Under the pieces are notes generated by a model. That model ran no database searches, was not told the DNA's origin, and saw nothing but the letters and a program-made list of their open reading frames with translations. Of a DNA stretch of 64,000 nt, positions 42,651 to 54,362 are shown one piece after another (position 1 is the stretch's first letter; each line of letters starts with the position of its first letter). Source of the stretch: the human T2T-CHM13v2.0 reference genome, Homo sapiens; NCBI RefSeq assembly GCF_009914755.1, contig NC_060930.1. One strand, given 5' to 3'. A program made the position numbers and the translations under genes.

Positions 42651-42909
42651 ATGCACTGGTTTTAACTGAACTGTAAAATATTCCTCTAAATTTTGTCATG
42701 GCTCTCTAGAGAACTATTCTTGTCCTAAGTGAATTCACAATTTTTTAAAACATGTCTGCACAATCGTTGCTTGATTTCATCATCCCCATTTCCAAAATAT
42801 GCCATGTGGCACATACATACTTAGGGAAATATTCATAGGGTTCCTTTAAGACAACTCCTTTAATTGAAAAGAAGGACAAGAAGAAAAAACTAACCTAAAC
42901 TAGGAAACT

Positions 42910-43435
42910 GTTGTGATGGCATTTTGCAGATATAACCAAGGTTTTAAATGAATTAACATTAAGAGAGACTGTATGGATGGGTTTGATCTGATCACCTGAA
43001 CCCTTTAAAGCAGAGAGGTTTCCTCACAGAAGAGGAAGTTAGAGAGGCATGCTTTGGCTGGCCTGGGGGAAAGCTATCATCCATGTAATGAACTGCCTGC
43101 GGAGGTCACATGGTAAGGAACAGTGAGCAGCCTCTAGGATCTGAGAACCATCCCAGGCTGACAGCTTGAGGAACAACAGAGACTTCAGTTGTACAACCAC
43201 AAGGAAATGAATTTTGTCAACAACCAGTGAGCCTAGAAGATGACCCTGAGCCTAGATGAGAGCCTCAGCCCTAGCCAACACTTTGATTTCAGCCCACTGA
43301 GACTCTCAGCAGACAATCCAGCATCACCATACTCAGACTTCTAGCCCATAGAAACTGTGATATGAACTATTTGTGATGTTTTAAGCTGCTAAATTTGTGG
43401 TAATTTGTCATGCAACAACAGAAAACTAATGCAGT
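42910..43435 (+). mobile_element. MLT1E/F-type MaLR LTR
   Basis: CAACCACAAGGAAATGAATTTTGTCAACAACC and TTTAAGCTGCTAAATTTGTGGTAATTTGTCATGCAACAACAGAAAACTAAT. Confidence 0.75.
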
Positions 43436-44214
43436 TACCATAAACCCATATATTCTAGCAAGGTCTAAATTTCTTGAGCTATTCATTTTAGTAAAGAGAG
43501 TATCTTTTTATATCTGATTAATATTATTTAATTACTAAATACTTGTATGGCTTTAAATGTTTAAATTTACAAACTAGGAAAAAGAATATACTTGCCAAGT
43601 TAAACTTCCCAATGTTTGTTTTAGAACATTATTGTGCCCAAATTTACAATATTGTTTCTTCCTCCTCAATAACAGATATTTAAGTCATAGACCCCCAAAA
43701 TTAGAACACAAGGGATCAAAAAAGCCCTTCATTTCCCTTACAGTCCTCTGTCTCACCTCTGCCTCATCAAAATGCAGGCTATCAAGATAGAAGATGCTGT
43801 TACATAAAGATTGGCTGTAATTGATATATTGCTCTCTTAGAAATACCTCTATCCTGATTCTTCAGGGCTCCTCAATTCCCTGCTAAGGTAATAATTCTTC
43901 CTCTTCTTCAAAAGAATAAGCCTAAATGATTACTATATTATGGCATTTTAAGTCTCAAATTCTCAACTAAATTATATTTAATCAATCTACCACAGTGAAC
44001 CTAAGTCACACAGCACCACTAAGAGCAGGTGTCATATCTACATTGTTTCTCATTATATTCCCATGGGAACAGTAAACAAATATTTATCGAATGAATACCT
44101 AATGTGACAAGTCCAAGGGAGAAAAACATCAATGTATATAATACTGAATAAATTGATGTTATTTATTCCAGGCACCAGGCTAGACTTTTGGGATGTAGCT
44201 ATGAGCAAAAGCTC

Positions 44215-44323
44215 ATTGTTCATAAAGCTCTTTGATTGGATGTGTGTGAGTGTGTATGTGAAAAAATGGGAAATATTTGAGAATATTAAAGTTATTTGGC
44301 ATACTTTTTCTAAAACCTATAAA
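44215..44323 (+). repeat. Dispersed direct duplicate of 47267-47373 (about 108 bp)
   Basis: 34-bp identical core GTATGTGAAAAAATGGGAAATATTTGAGAATATT plus similar flanks. Confidence 0.93.
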
Positions 44324-45859
44324 CAGGACTAGCCCCTGTCCTCCCTCATGAAATGTCTAGTCTAGTGAATGAAATTTAACCCAGGACATAAATAGCTAAC
44401 TCTAAAACAGTGGCCATTCACAAAGACAAGCAGTTCTCAAATGCTCTCTCTAGGTTTGCAGCAAGGGTTATCCCAAGAAAATATGACAATGTCCTCACTT
44501 TTTCCTCTAGCAGTCCTATGTAAATGCAAAACTTAAATCAAGGATATTTGTGAAGGGAGTGAGAAGTAACAGAGGACTCTGCCATCTTATTTCCTTCCGT
44601 AGTTTCCACTGTGCTACTTTTGATCACACTAACTTCCTCAGGAGACAGAGAATTTGGCTTTTCTAACTGTCCAAGACTCCATAGTATCAGGCTTTAAGCC
44701 ATCTTGTTTTGCAGGTTGCAGAATATCTCTAGAAAGGCCTTCTTTCTTCTTTCTCTTCTTTCAGAATGAGCTTCAGCTTAAATGTATCAATTTCTCCTAG
44801 GATCCTACTGAAGATTACAAGATGTAGCCAAGAAACTTCAATACCTTCACATTTTCCTTTTGCATCTCTGAAAGATTCAAGTGGTCTGAGTTCCCAATTA
44901 CTACAAGCTACAGCTTAACAAGCTTTTCCCTTATTGCATAACAATAATGGCCAACTTTCCAGGCCTGGATGGAGGAGTCTTTTCTGCCTTCTATCTTCCT
45001 TTGACTAGGTAATTTTGCATGTTAAGCTCCGTAACTTAACTTGCAGTACCCTGCTTCTAGCCCTAACTTCTACATCGGTTAGTGCCCTCTGGTTGCAAGC
45101 ACAAAAGCTGTTTATGTGTGATTTATTTTTTAAAAAATGAATCCTTTGGAAATATATGAGTAGCTCCCAGAAGGGCTGGAAAATTAAGTTTTGAAAAAGA
45201 GGCATCAGACAAAGCTGCAGAGACCAGGTATCAGGAACTACTTAGCATCTTTAAAGGATACCAACAAAGGTATAAATATGCTACATTTTCCTTTTCATAT
45301 ATTAATCTACTAGATGTATAAAGACAGTGAGTTCCATTGGTTTAGCTTGGGTCACCTATTGACCCTTTAGATTAGGAGAGAGTAGGGCATGTAATTCTAC
45401 TGCCCTACTAAAATTGCCCACAATGGGGAAGAAAATATCCTCAAAGAAAATCAGGATGCTGTTACCATAAAAAGGAAAAATGAATGCTGGGTGGACAAAA
45501 TGAAACAAAACAGCCACTGTATGGAGAGAAAAGATATACCATTTCCCTGGGGCTTTTTAGAACGAATGACAGGGGCCACCTCTATCTCCTTTCAACAACA
45601 ATATCCTTGGATTATAAACACCTCCAGTTTGATGGATAAATCGAAGAGCCTAATACACAATAGCTGTATTCTATCTAAGCAGATATGACCTATGTATTCT
45701 ATCTAAGAAAATAGAACAATCCCAGTTTCCAGACTTCTCTTAAAAGTGATATGTTCATTACAACAATCATTCTCTTAGCAACCTCTGATATTTCTTTAAG
45801 TGCTGCACAGGTCATGAATTCATAGCCCTACCCTGAAAATAATTGGGAAATATTTCAGA

Positions 45860-46350
45860 TGCTCACTGCTGAACTATAGACCTTGGGCTGCTGTTTCCAG
45901 AAACATCACAGCCCAGAGGCCTATGATTTTACAGGAGTGATTGTAGTAGTCCTTGATTTTGGTTTGTATGAAAACATCACTGGGACATTCAACCTGCCAG
46001 TGTCCACATGGACTGGTTTACAAATGAACCTTTGACCCAAATGGGGCCAGTTAGAGGTCTCTCCAGGACTTTGGAAGAAAAGAGAGTTAGTTAGCTGTTT
46101 TCTTAGATTGTGAACTCCAAGTACCATGTAAGCCTAGATCTTCCTAGGAGAGACACTGACTGAGAATGAAGCCAACACAGAGAAAAGTAGAACTCCAGAA
46201 AGACAGAAAACAAGCTACTGACATCATTAGAGTAGCTACATCCAGCCATTACTGAAACTAGGCCTACTTCTGTATTTTTCCCTATGTGAGCATTTTTTGT
46301 TTAAGCTCATTTGAATTGAGTCTCTGTCGCTCTCAACCAGAAGAGCTCTA
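45860..46350 (+). mobile_element. Old MLT1-type MaLR LTR
   Basis: GAGAATGAAGCCAACACAGAG, TCCAGCCATTACTGAAAC, TTTGTTTAAGCTCATTTGAATTGAGTCTCTGTC...CAACCAGAAGAG. Confidence 0.6.
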
Positions 46351-48003
46351 AATTGAACACGCAAAAGCAATTCAGATACTGAAAGACTCTTAAGAAAACA
46401 GAATGTCCATATAAAATCCTTTTGTATCTTAAATTCTGTTCAAATATTTTGCTTTAAATGCTAAATATAAATGCTTAAAAGAGCTTGGCAACAATAATAA
46501 CTATTTTAATAAGTTCTCTTAAAAGTCCAAAACCTCAAGGAAATTTGACTGATTCTAATTTGGTTAAGTAACCTGCAAGTCTTACTTCGGAAAGCATGTT
46601 CTTAGATCCAGATGTAACACCCCAAATTGACAGGTAAAGATGAAAAAAATCACAAATATACACTGAAGTGTACTCAGAGACTACTTGGAGATAATTATTC
46701 TATTTTATCATCCTCAATTTCAGAGTCCCAAATTCTTCTGGCCAAGAGAACATTGAGTGAAATCATATTTCCTAGGGCTTAGCTCACATTTCTCATATTT
46801 TTATCTTAGGGCTGACAGTCCAATTCAACTTTCCTCACATTAAACCACATGTAAAAATAAGAAACTACCTTACTTCTAACTAGCTAAGAGATGATTTCCT
46901 ATTAGGCTTCTTCTTACAGAAACTCTTCGAGAGATGCTTCTTTGTGGTAACCCAGTTAAGAGGGAGGACAAAGAGGTGGTTGGCCTCTGTGTTGAAATCG
47001 TTTATATACAGGCATCCTCAAAGCAGAGGGAAGATACATTATTTGTTAGTTAATTTATTTTGATTGAAATGTATCTAAAGTGAAAGCACATAGTAAGTAC
47101 TGGTTTCCCCTTGAATTATGGTTAAAACTTGAAAATAGAGGTTTATCAACAAGGATTCTGTAAGTACTTGGATTCTTTACAGATGTGGTTAGTAACAGGC
47201 TGGGATCAATAACAGAATTAAATTTCTATTAATTTTGAAGTTAACTTATCAATACATAACAAAATAATTGTTTATAAAGCTCCCTTGGTTGGATGTGTAT
47301 GAGCGTATGTGAAAAAATGGGAAATATTTGAGAATATTGAAGTTATTTGGTGTGTTTTTCTAAAAGCTATAAAAATCCCAGCTCCTTAACTTTTCTTAAA
47401 GGTCATATTTTTATTACTCCAGCTATTCTCTTAGCAGTCCTCGATTTCTTCAAGTGCTGCAAAGGTCTCTGGGTAATTTTTCATGAAGAAAATCAGTGAA
47501 GACTACTTGAAGAAGACATCCCACAGTATGCTGCTTGCTTTAAAAAAGAAAAAGAATCCTGTACTACTTAGTTTCACAAATTCTCATTAATTATCCCTAG
47601 ATTTTTTTTTCTGTCATGATAAGCCATTTATGATCCAACTCACATTATTTTCCTCAGGTAAATGACTCAGCACTCATTCCCTTAAATTTCAATTCTGTTT
47701 AATTTCAAATACTCTACTATACAGGTCACTTCAATTAAATTTAAGAGATATTTCATTATATGTCATATGAAAAATTAGGATGATGGATGAAATGATGTCT
47801 ATGGCTCTTTCCAGCTCTAATTGCTGTGGGGTCGGTCAAGTCATAATCATAATCATACATTACAACCTGCATTTTCTTATTTCTCGTGTTCTATAAACCA
47901 TAGGTAATGGAATAAATGGTCTTCTAAATTCATAACTGTCTCTTTCAATTCTGGGTATAAAATCTTTTTTTCCTAACCTTCTAGAGTGATCACTGTTGTT
48001 AAG

Positions 48004-48006
<3 letters not shown>

Positions 48007-48038
<32 letters not shown>
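48007..48038. repeat. (GT)16 microsatellite
   Basis: Direct reading. Confidence 0.95.
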
Positions 48039-48040
<2 letters not shown>

Positions 48041-50231
48041 AGTGTTTGTATGGATTTTGCCCCAGTCTAATTGCATAGAGCGCTGTGAAGGGAGTCTTTT
48101 CTTAATGATATGCATGCCTTTTTTATCAGATGCTATCTCTAGAACTTGTCTTCAGAAATTAGGCCAGCTGCCTGCATTACATACTGTTGTAAGGAACAGG
48201 GAGGGAAATAACTCCTTCCTGCTCTGCCAACATTTTTCTGTGGCTACAAGCATACTTAGGAAGCCTTATGTAGCAGCAATGGGTGGGCATGAATGCCTTG
48301 GCTCTCTGTGTGTCATACTTACAAGGATGCCAAGTTATTAAAACAGAGCAGTCCCTCTGCTGTGGCAGAGTCATCTTCTGGAACCTGTGTATCTGAAAGA
48401 TGTGGCTTCACCCTCAATGCTTCTAAAAGCTCATGTCTGATAAGCCTTTGGGGGCTGAATTCAAGAAAGCCGCAATGTACCTGGTAAGGTCCAAAAGGGA
48501 CCCAGCCCTGCTTCTCACCGCAGCCGCTGTCTGAGAGGAGGGGACGGCACAGGATGGGCTCCATAGGGTTCTTCTGAACCTGAACCGCAACAATTCTAGG
48601 AGGTCTGCTTGGCTTAGCTGGAAGAAAGGCTCTCACCCAAGGTTCTCAGTGATTGCTGAAGTCTAAGGATATAAGAGGATGCTTCTAGAGTCTCCCTATG
48701 AATTATTCTGATGTTTTCCTAAAGAAAAGTTAAGAAGATTTTGAATACTTTTAGTTGAGACGTTAGCCCATTAAATAGTTGCTGAACAAAGAAATAAGGT
48801 TCTCTAGATGACACCGAGGTTAAAGACCAGGCTAAAATTACTAATTACTAAATTCAATGGTCTCATAACACTTCTCAGCTCCAGCTAGTCTCACTGTGTT
48901 CTTTACAAATCTGGAAAACTTAATCTGAAGATGATCTTATAGGGCTTCTGATGCAACACCTTTATTTCTGGTGGATACAGGTTGTGAACAGAGATGAAAA
49001 ATACTCATCTCATAAACAACAATATATTTTCCTTTCAAATCCTAACAGAATGTATCTTAATTCCAGCATTTTCATTCTAAGTGAAAATTTGTTTTGTGAC
49101 AGTTTCTTAATTTTTAAAAAAGTTCCCCATGGACAGAAAAAAAAATTAATTCGCATCAAATTAGATCGTTGAAAACTTGATAAGCAAATACTCAAAATCA
49201 GCATAACTTATGTGCAGTATCGAAAGTAAAGCTTCCAATAAGAAGAGATTCAAAGCTGTACTCTATACAATATAGTTCACATTAAAGAGGGTAAAATATA
49301 GACTGAAGATTTTCAAGCCTAATTATCTGTTCTCTCCCTTCTCTGGCCAAATAATATTTTTTAAAAATTTTAAAAACCCCTTTTTTAAAAAGGGGTTATG
49401 AGGCCCCTTTCATGGTCACTGCTATACTCTTCGCAGTCCCACATGTGAGTGAAACTAACATGTTCAATGTTAGTTTAACAATGCTTCATTGTTCAAGAGG
49501 CCAATAAATTTATCAGTTAAAGGAGAAATGAGCATGGGCAGGTTCAGTTAGATTTATCCATAATCAATCACACAAAATACAAGTAAATTCATGTCATTGC
49601 ACAGAGGAGCTCTAAATTTAAATTTATACAAAATCAGATACAGACTCTGATGAATCTTATATTTCCCATAATATAAAGAAAGATTTCTCCATTAAACACT
49701 GATTTACAATGTCTGGGGAGTAAGCAAGTTCTGTGAGGTCTCACAACAGGATGTGTCAAAAGCAGAAGCTGAATAAATGTAGTGCTGTGTTGAAAAAAGA
49801 GATAAAAATCAAAAAGCATGTGAATCTTATTCCCCCAGAAAATTCCCATTACTAGCAAGTTTGGACATGATTAACACTTTGTTTTATTATTGAACTTAAA
49901 ATAGTTTAAGGCAGGGTACTATGGAGCTTATTTTGCCAAAGGAAAATATTTGTAGCTCTCATATGGTTCTGGTGAGAGTATAACTTAGTTTGAGCTTTTT
50001 GGAAAAAATTTGGCATTATGCAGCAGAAGCCTTAAAATATTCATACCCTTTAACAAAATAATTCTGTTTTTAGGAAAATACCCAATAGAATAATCACAAA
50101 AGTAGGCAAATATTTATATGCAAGATATAAATATATGAACACATAAATATAATAGTAACACATTCTTTATAATGGGCAAGAAAAAATGAAGAAAAAACCC
50201 CCAAAGCCCCCAAATTGTGGATTGGTTAAAT

Positions 50232-50532
50232 CAGGGGTTAGCAAACATTTTCTGTAAAGACCCAAATAGCAAATATTGTAGGCTATGCTGTCAATTTTAC
50301 AACTACTATTCTGTCATTGTCCTGTGAAAGCAGCCACAGAAAATTGTAAATAAGTGGATATCACCATATTCCAATAAAACTTTATTAATGAACAGTGAAA
50401 TTTAAATTTATGTAATTTTCAAATATCATAAAATATTCTTTTAATTTTTTTCAACAATTTAAAAATGTAAAAACCATTTTTAGCTTATGGGCTTTACAAA
50501 AACAGGTGGCCGGTCAGATTTGTCAACCCTTG
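50232..50532. mobile_element. MER58B-like hAT element
   Basis: Termini CAGGGGTTAGCAAAC...TTTGTCAACCCTTG; near-TSD GGTTAAAT/CATTAAAT. Confidence 0.75.
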
Positions 50533-51117
50533 CATTAAATTATAGTATTATAATTAAAATTTATGTTCATTATTTAATCAGTCAGAAATTATACAGTGAG
50601 ACAAAGGGAAAGTAGAAGATAATATACAGGTATTTCTGGATTGAGATTATGGATAATATGGGTAATTTTTCTTTTATTCTTAATGTTTTATATTCTTGAA
50701 GTTTTTTACAATAAGTACATCTTATTTTATGATAAAAATGATATTCTTAAGGGGTGTCTTTTTGACTAAAAATATTCATTTCTTTCTCATTCTTTAAACA
50801 TTACTCAGAAACTTTGGAGTTTCTGAAATTCTTGACAACATTCACATGTATTTTTAGCAATAACTTTTAAACAACACCATTTTTTTAAGCAGGAGCTAAT
50901 AATTTATTTATTTTCAGGAGTACATACTTCTTAAAATTAAATACTTAGACTTTAGCCCCAAAGTCAGAGTCTGCCCTGTGCTCTTTTTTTAGGTACCCTT
51001 CAGCCTCTGCCCAGCTACTTAGCAAATGCATGCTGCCAAGTTCCCCTGAACTTGCACTATAACACCTCCAACTACTCCACTCTACCTGCATCCAACGGAG
51101 GACCTCAAATGCATCCT

Positions 51118-51281
51118 TCTAACCTTAGGTGCTCACCAGACAAAACCCACACACATGCACTCTATTACAAGGGAAGCCTCGGAGTAAGGTGACAGCCTTA
51201 TGACAAGATAAAGATGCTGTCTGCTCTGCCCCTCTAACTTTAAGTGCTCACCAGTCAAAGCCCACACACATGCACTCTATT
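51118..51281 (+). repeat. A-B-A' structure: 49-bp direct repeats flanking a 70-bp copy of 40757-40826
   Basis: 51164-51233 vs 40757-40826 is 68/70 identical; 51118-51166 vs 51233-51281 is 45/49 identical. Confidence 0.95.
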
Positions 51282-52964
51282 TGCACATCTCTAGACCTGT
51301 TTTGGCTCACAGGTAACAAGCTACCTGTCACTTGTTGAGTCAGTGCTGGCAAGTTTTTAACTGATAATGGCTCACATTGTAGGACCTCCAGAAATATTTT
51401 TATATTTATTTTAAAGAAGCTTTGGAATCTTCATATCTCAACTCAGTTGAATAATTAGCTGATAGGCAATTTTCAGGCATCCAAGCCAGCGTTTCTCAAA
51501 TGTGTTTCACAAACACATGTCCTATGAGATATTTCAAGAAAAAGAAAAACCAGATCTGTATTCGGAATATTTTGAGAGCTGCTGCATACAATATCCCATC
51601 TCCTAAGGTTCACAATTCATTATTAACATATTAAGGGCTCTGCAAAATCCAAAACTAAAAATACCCATTTAACTTTTATTCCTTGTATCCCAAACTTACT
51701 TGCACTCCCCCTTTATTTTAATAGGAACACATAGACATTCAGCAGAAGCAGTGTTCTCAAGGAACACTCTTGGACATACCCTGACTTGGCCAGTAGAAGA
51801 GCTGATTTGGGAAGGGGAGAATAGAATAATGAGTTCTAGCATCCCTCAAAGCATTCTGCATTGGATTGTGATGGTCTCAGACACTGAGACAGAACCATCC
51901 TGGCCTGGAGTTTACTGCATTCCCCCACTGCTTCTTCAATGCTTCCATTTGCATTTCTACTTAGACTACTGAGTGCCTTCCACTCCCTCCATCTCCATTT
52001 GTTGCTTTTCCTTCCATCCATCTCTCTGACTCCGCACCACTGGTGCTATCATTCTAGTACATTCCCATCATTGCTGAGCGCTCACTCACTAATTATGTAT
52101 TTAAATTTGAATTAAAATCACCATAGCTTCCCTTGGCTGCTTCCAAATGTTAGGATATGTTTTCAGTATTTATGAGACATACACAGCTGACATTTTTAGA
52201 AAATTACATTCTGTCTGCAAAAACATATGTATCCAACTGTGATGAGATTAGATGTTCTTGCATTTATTTTTCTAAGAATTGGGCACATCCAATATAGTCT
52301 TCTCTGAATGCATCTCATTGTTTCTCTTTTGGCAGTATCTTTCAAATGTCCTATCACTTGGGAGAGTTATGCATTATACTTTAATTGAAGTAATAGCTTC
52401 TTAGAAAAACATGCACTTTTCCCAAAAGCAATATGCTACAGTCAGTCTGCAAAGGACATACAATATTGCTGCTACTTAGGATAATTTTTATAAAACCAAT
52501 TATTTCAGACTCAAATATGTGCTCTTTATAACTAGAGCTTAAAGAAACACATGGCACACAGCCAGTTCAGCCTTTGCTTTCTATGCTGTAATATGATATC
52601 CCGGAGTCATTCTGGGCATTTTCAGATGTCTCATTATTGAGGAAAGAAAGCATGGCATACTTTCTCACATTAACCTTTAGATTCTAACCCAGAGGGTAGG
52701 TGTGACCCACTACCTCCCCACCACACACATAGCATGTTTTAAACTCAACAAAAGTAAGAGAGAGTTGTAACCAATGAGTCCAATTTAACAGGAGAATATT
52801 ACTTGAGATTGTAAATTTAAGCTATATTATGTTTTATCCTCCCTCAAGACACAACTCTAAATGACTCTGTAACCATGGACTTAACTCACAAGAAAGGCTT
52901 GGATAAAAATAATTAAACAAAAGATGTGAGGTACTATTATATTATTACAGAAAACATGGAATCT

Positions 52965-53245
<281 letters not shown>

Positions 53246-53410
53246 GAAAGAAGAAGAAGAAGAAGAAAGAAAGAGAGAGAGAGGAAGGAAGGAAGGAAGG
53301 AAGGAAGGAAGGAAGGAAGGAAGGAAGGAAGGAAGGAAGGAAGGCAGGCAGGCAGGAAGGGAGGCAGGCAGGAAGGGAGGCAGGCAGGAAGGAAGGAAGG
53401 AAGGAAGGAA
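53246..53410. repeat. Compound microsatellite (GAA)n-(GA)n-(GGAA)15-(GGCA/GGAA/GGGA)-(GGAA)6
   Basis: Uninterrupted GGAA 53283-53342; second run 53387-53410. Confidence 0.97.
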
Positions 53411-53497
53411 TCAATCTTGGGGGAAGATTTTTTAGAAAGTAAAGTGGAAGACAATTTTGTATTCAAAGAAGCCACATTTTGGAGCACAATTTAATTC

Positions 53498-53499
<2 letters not shown>

Positions 53500-53535
<36 letters not shown>

Positions 53536-53544
53536 TGTGTGTGT
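53500..53544. repeat. Interrupted (TG)n microsatellite
   Basis: Direct reading. Confidence 0.95.
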
Positions 53545-54004
53545 ACCTTTTATAGCTATACCTATACATTTAAAAAACCCTTAGAAGTAAATCACAAACT
53601 TCTTGATTCTTTTCTTACATATTCAAGACTAATAAATATATTTATTTGAAAGACAAGTTTCAATGTCTTAATGAATTCTTCTGGTTCTTGGTTTTCTTGA
53701 CACTTCTTTGCCTTCACTTTTTATAGAAAATAAGGAGCTGACTATAATTCTACTACAAATCCAAAGATCTTTCAATGGTCTGTGAAGCCGTGACCTCTCA
53801 GTTCTCATGCCCCACCCTCTCCCTCTCCCTCACTCTGCTTTGGTCATCCTGGCACTCACTAGCACAGCCCTGAGAAGGAGCGCCTCCCTCAGTTTTGCAC
53901 CCTAGGCACCTCTCTTGCCTGCCTCACACGAATCATGCTCCTGGTCCAGAAGCTAACATTATAGTCAGATTACAAGATTAATCATTGTATTAGTTAGGAT
54001 AAGT

Positions 54005-54362
54005 CAGTGCTGAATGTTTGTATCCCTCCCAAATTCACATGTTGAAATCTTAACCTCTATGGTTATGGTATTAGGAGGTAGGGTCTTTGGGGGGATATTA
54101 GGTCGTAAGGGCAGAGCCCTCATGAATGGGATTAGTGCCCACCTAAAAGAGACCCAAGAGACCTGTTCTTCCTTGTGAGGATACAGCAAGAAGGCATCAT
54201 CTGTGGACCGGAGAGCAAGCCCTCACCAGACACTGCATCTACAGGCACCTTGGTCATTGATTTCCCAGCCTCTGGAACTGTAAAAAGATAATGTTTATTG
54301 TATTTAAGGTGCCCAGTCTAAGGGGTTTTTTCTTGTGATAGTATTCTGAATGGACAAATACA
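54005..54362 (+). mobile_element. MST/MLT1A-type MaLR LTR, followed by an older reverse MLT1 fragment to about 54690
   Basis: CTGAATGTTTGTATCCCTCCCAAATTCACATGTTGAAATC...AGCCCTCATGAATGGGATTAGTGCC...CCCAGCCTCTGGAACTGT. Confidence 0.8.

Noticed and set aside
49356-49397. Adjacent A/T near-palindromes
   Set aside because: Low-complexity homopolymer runs
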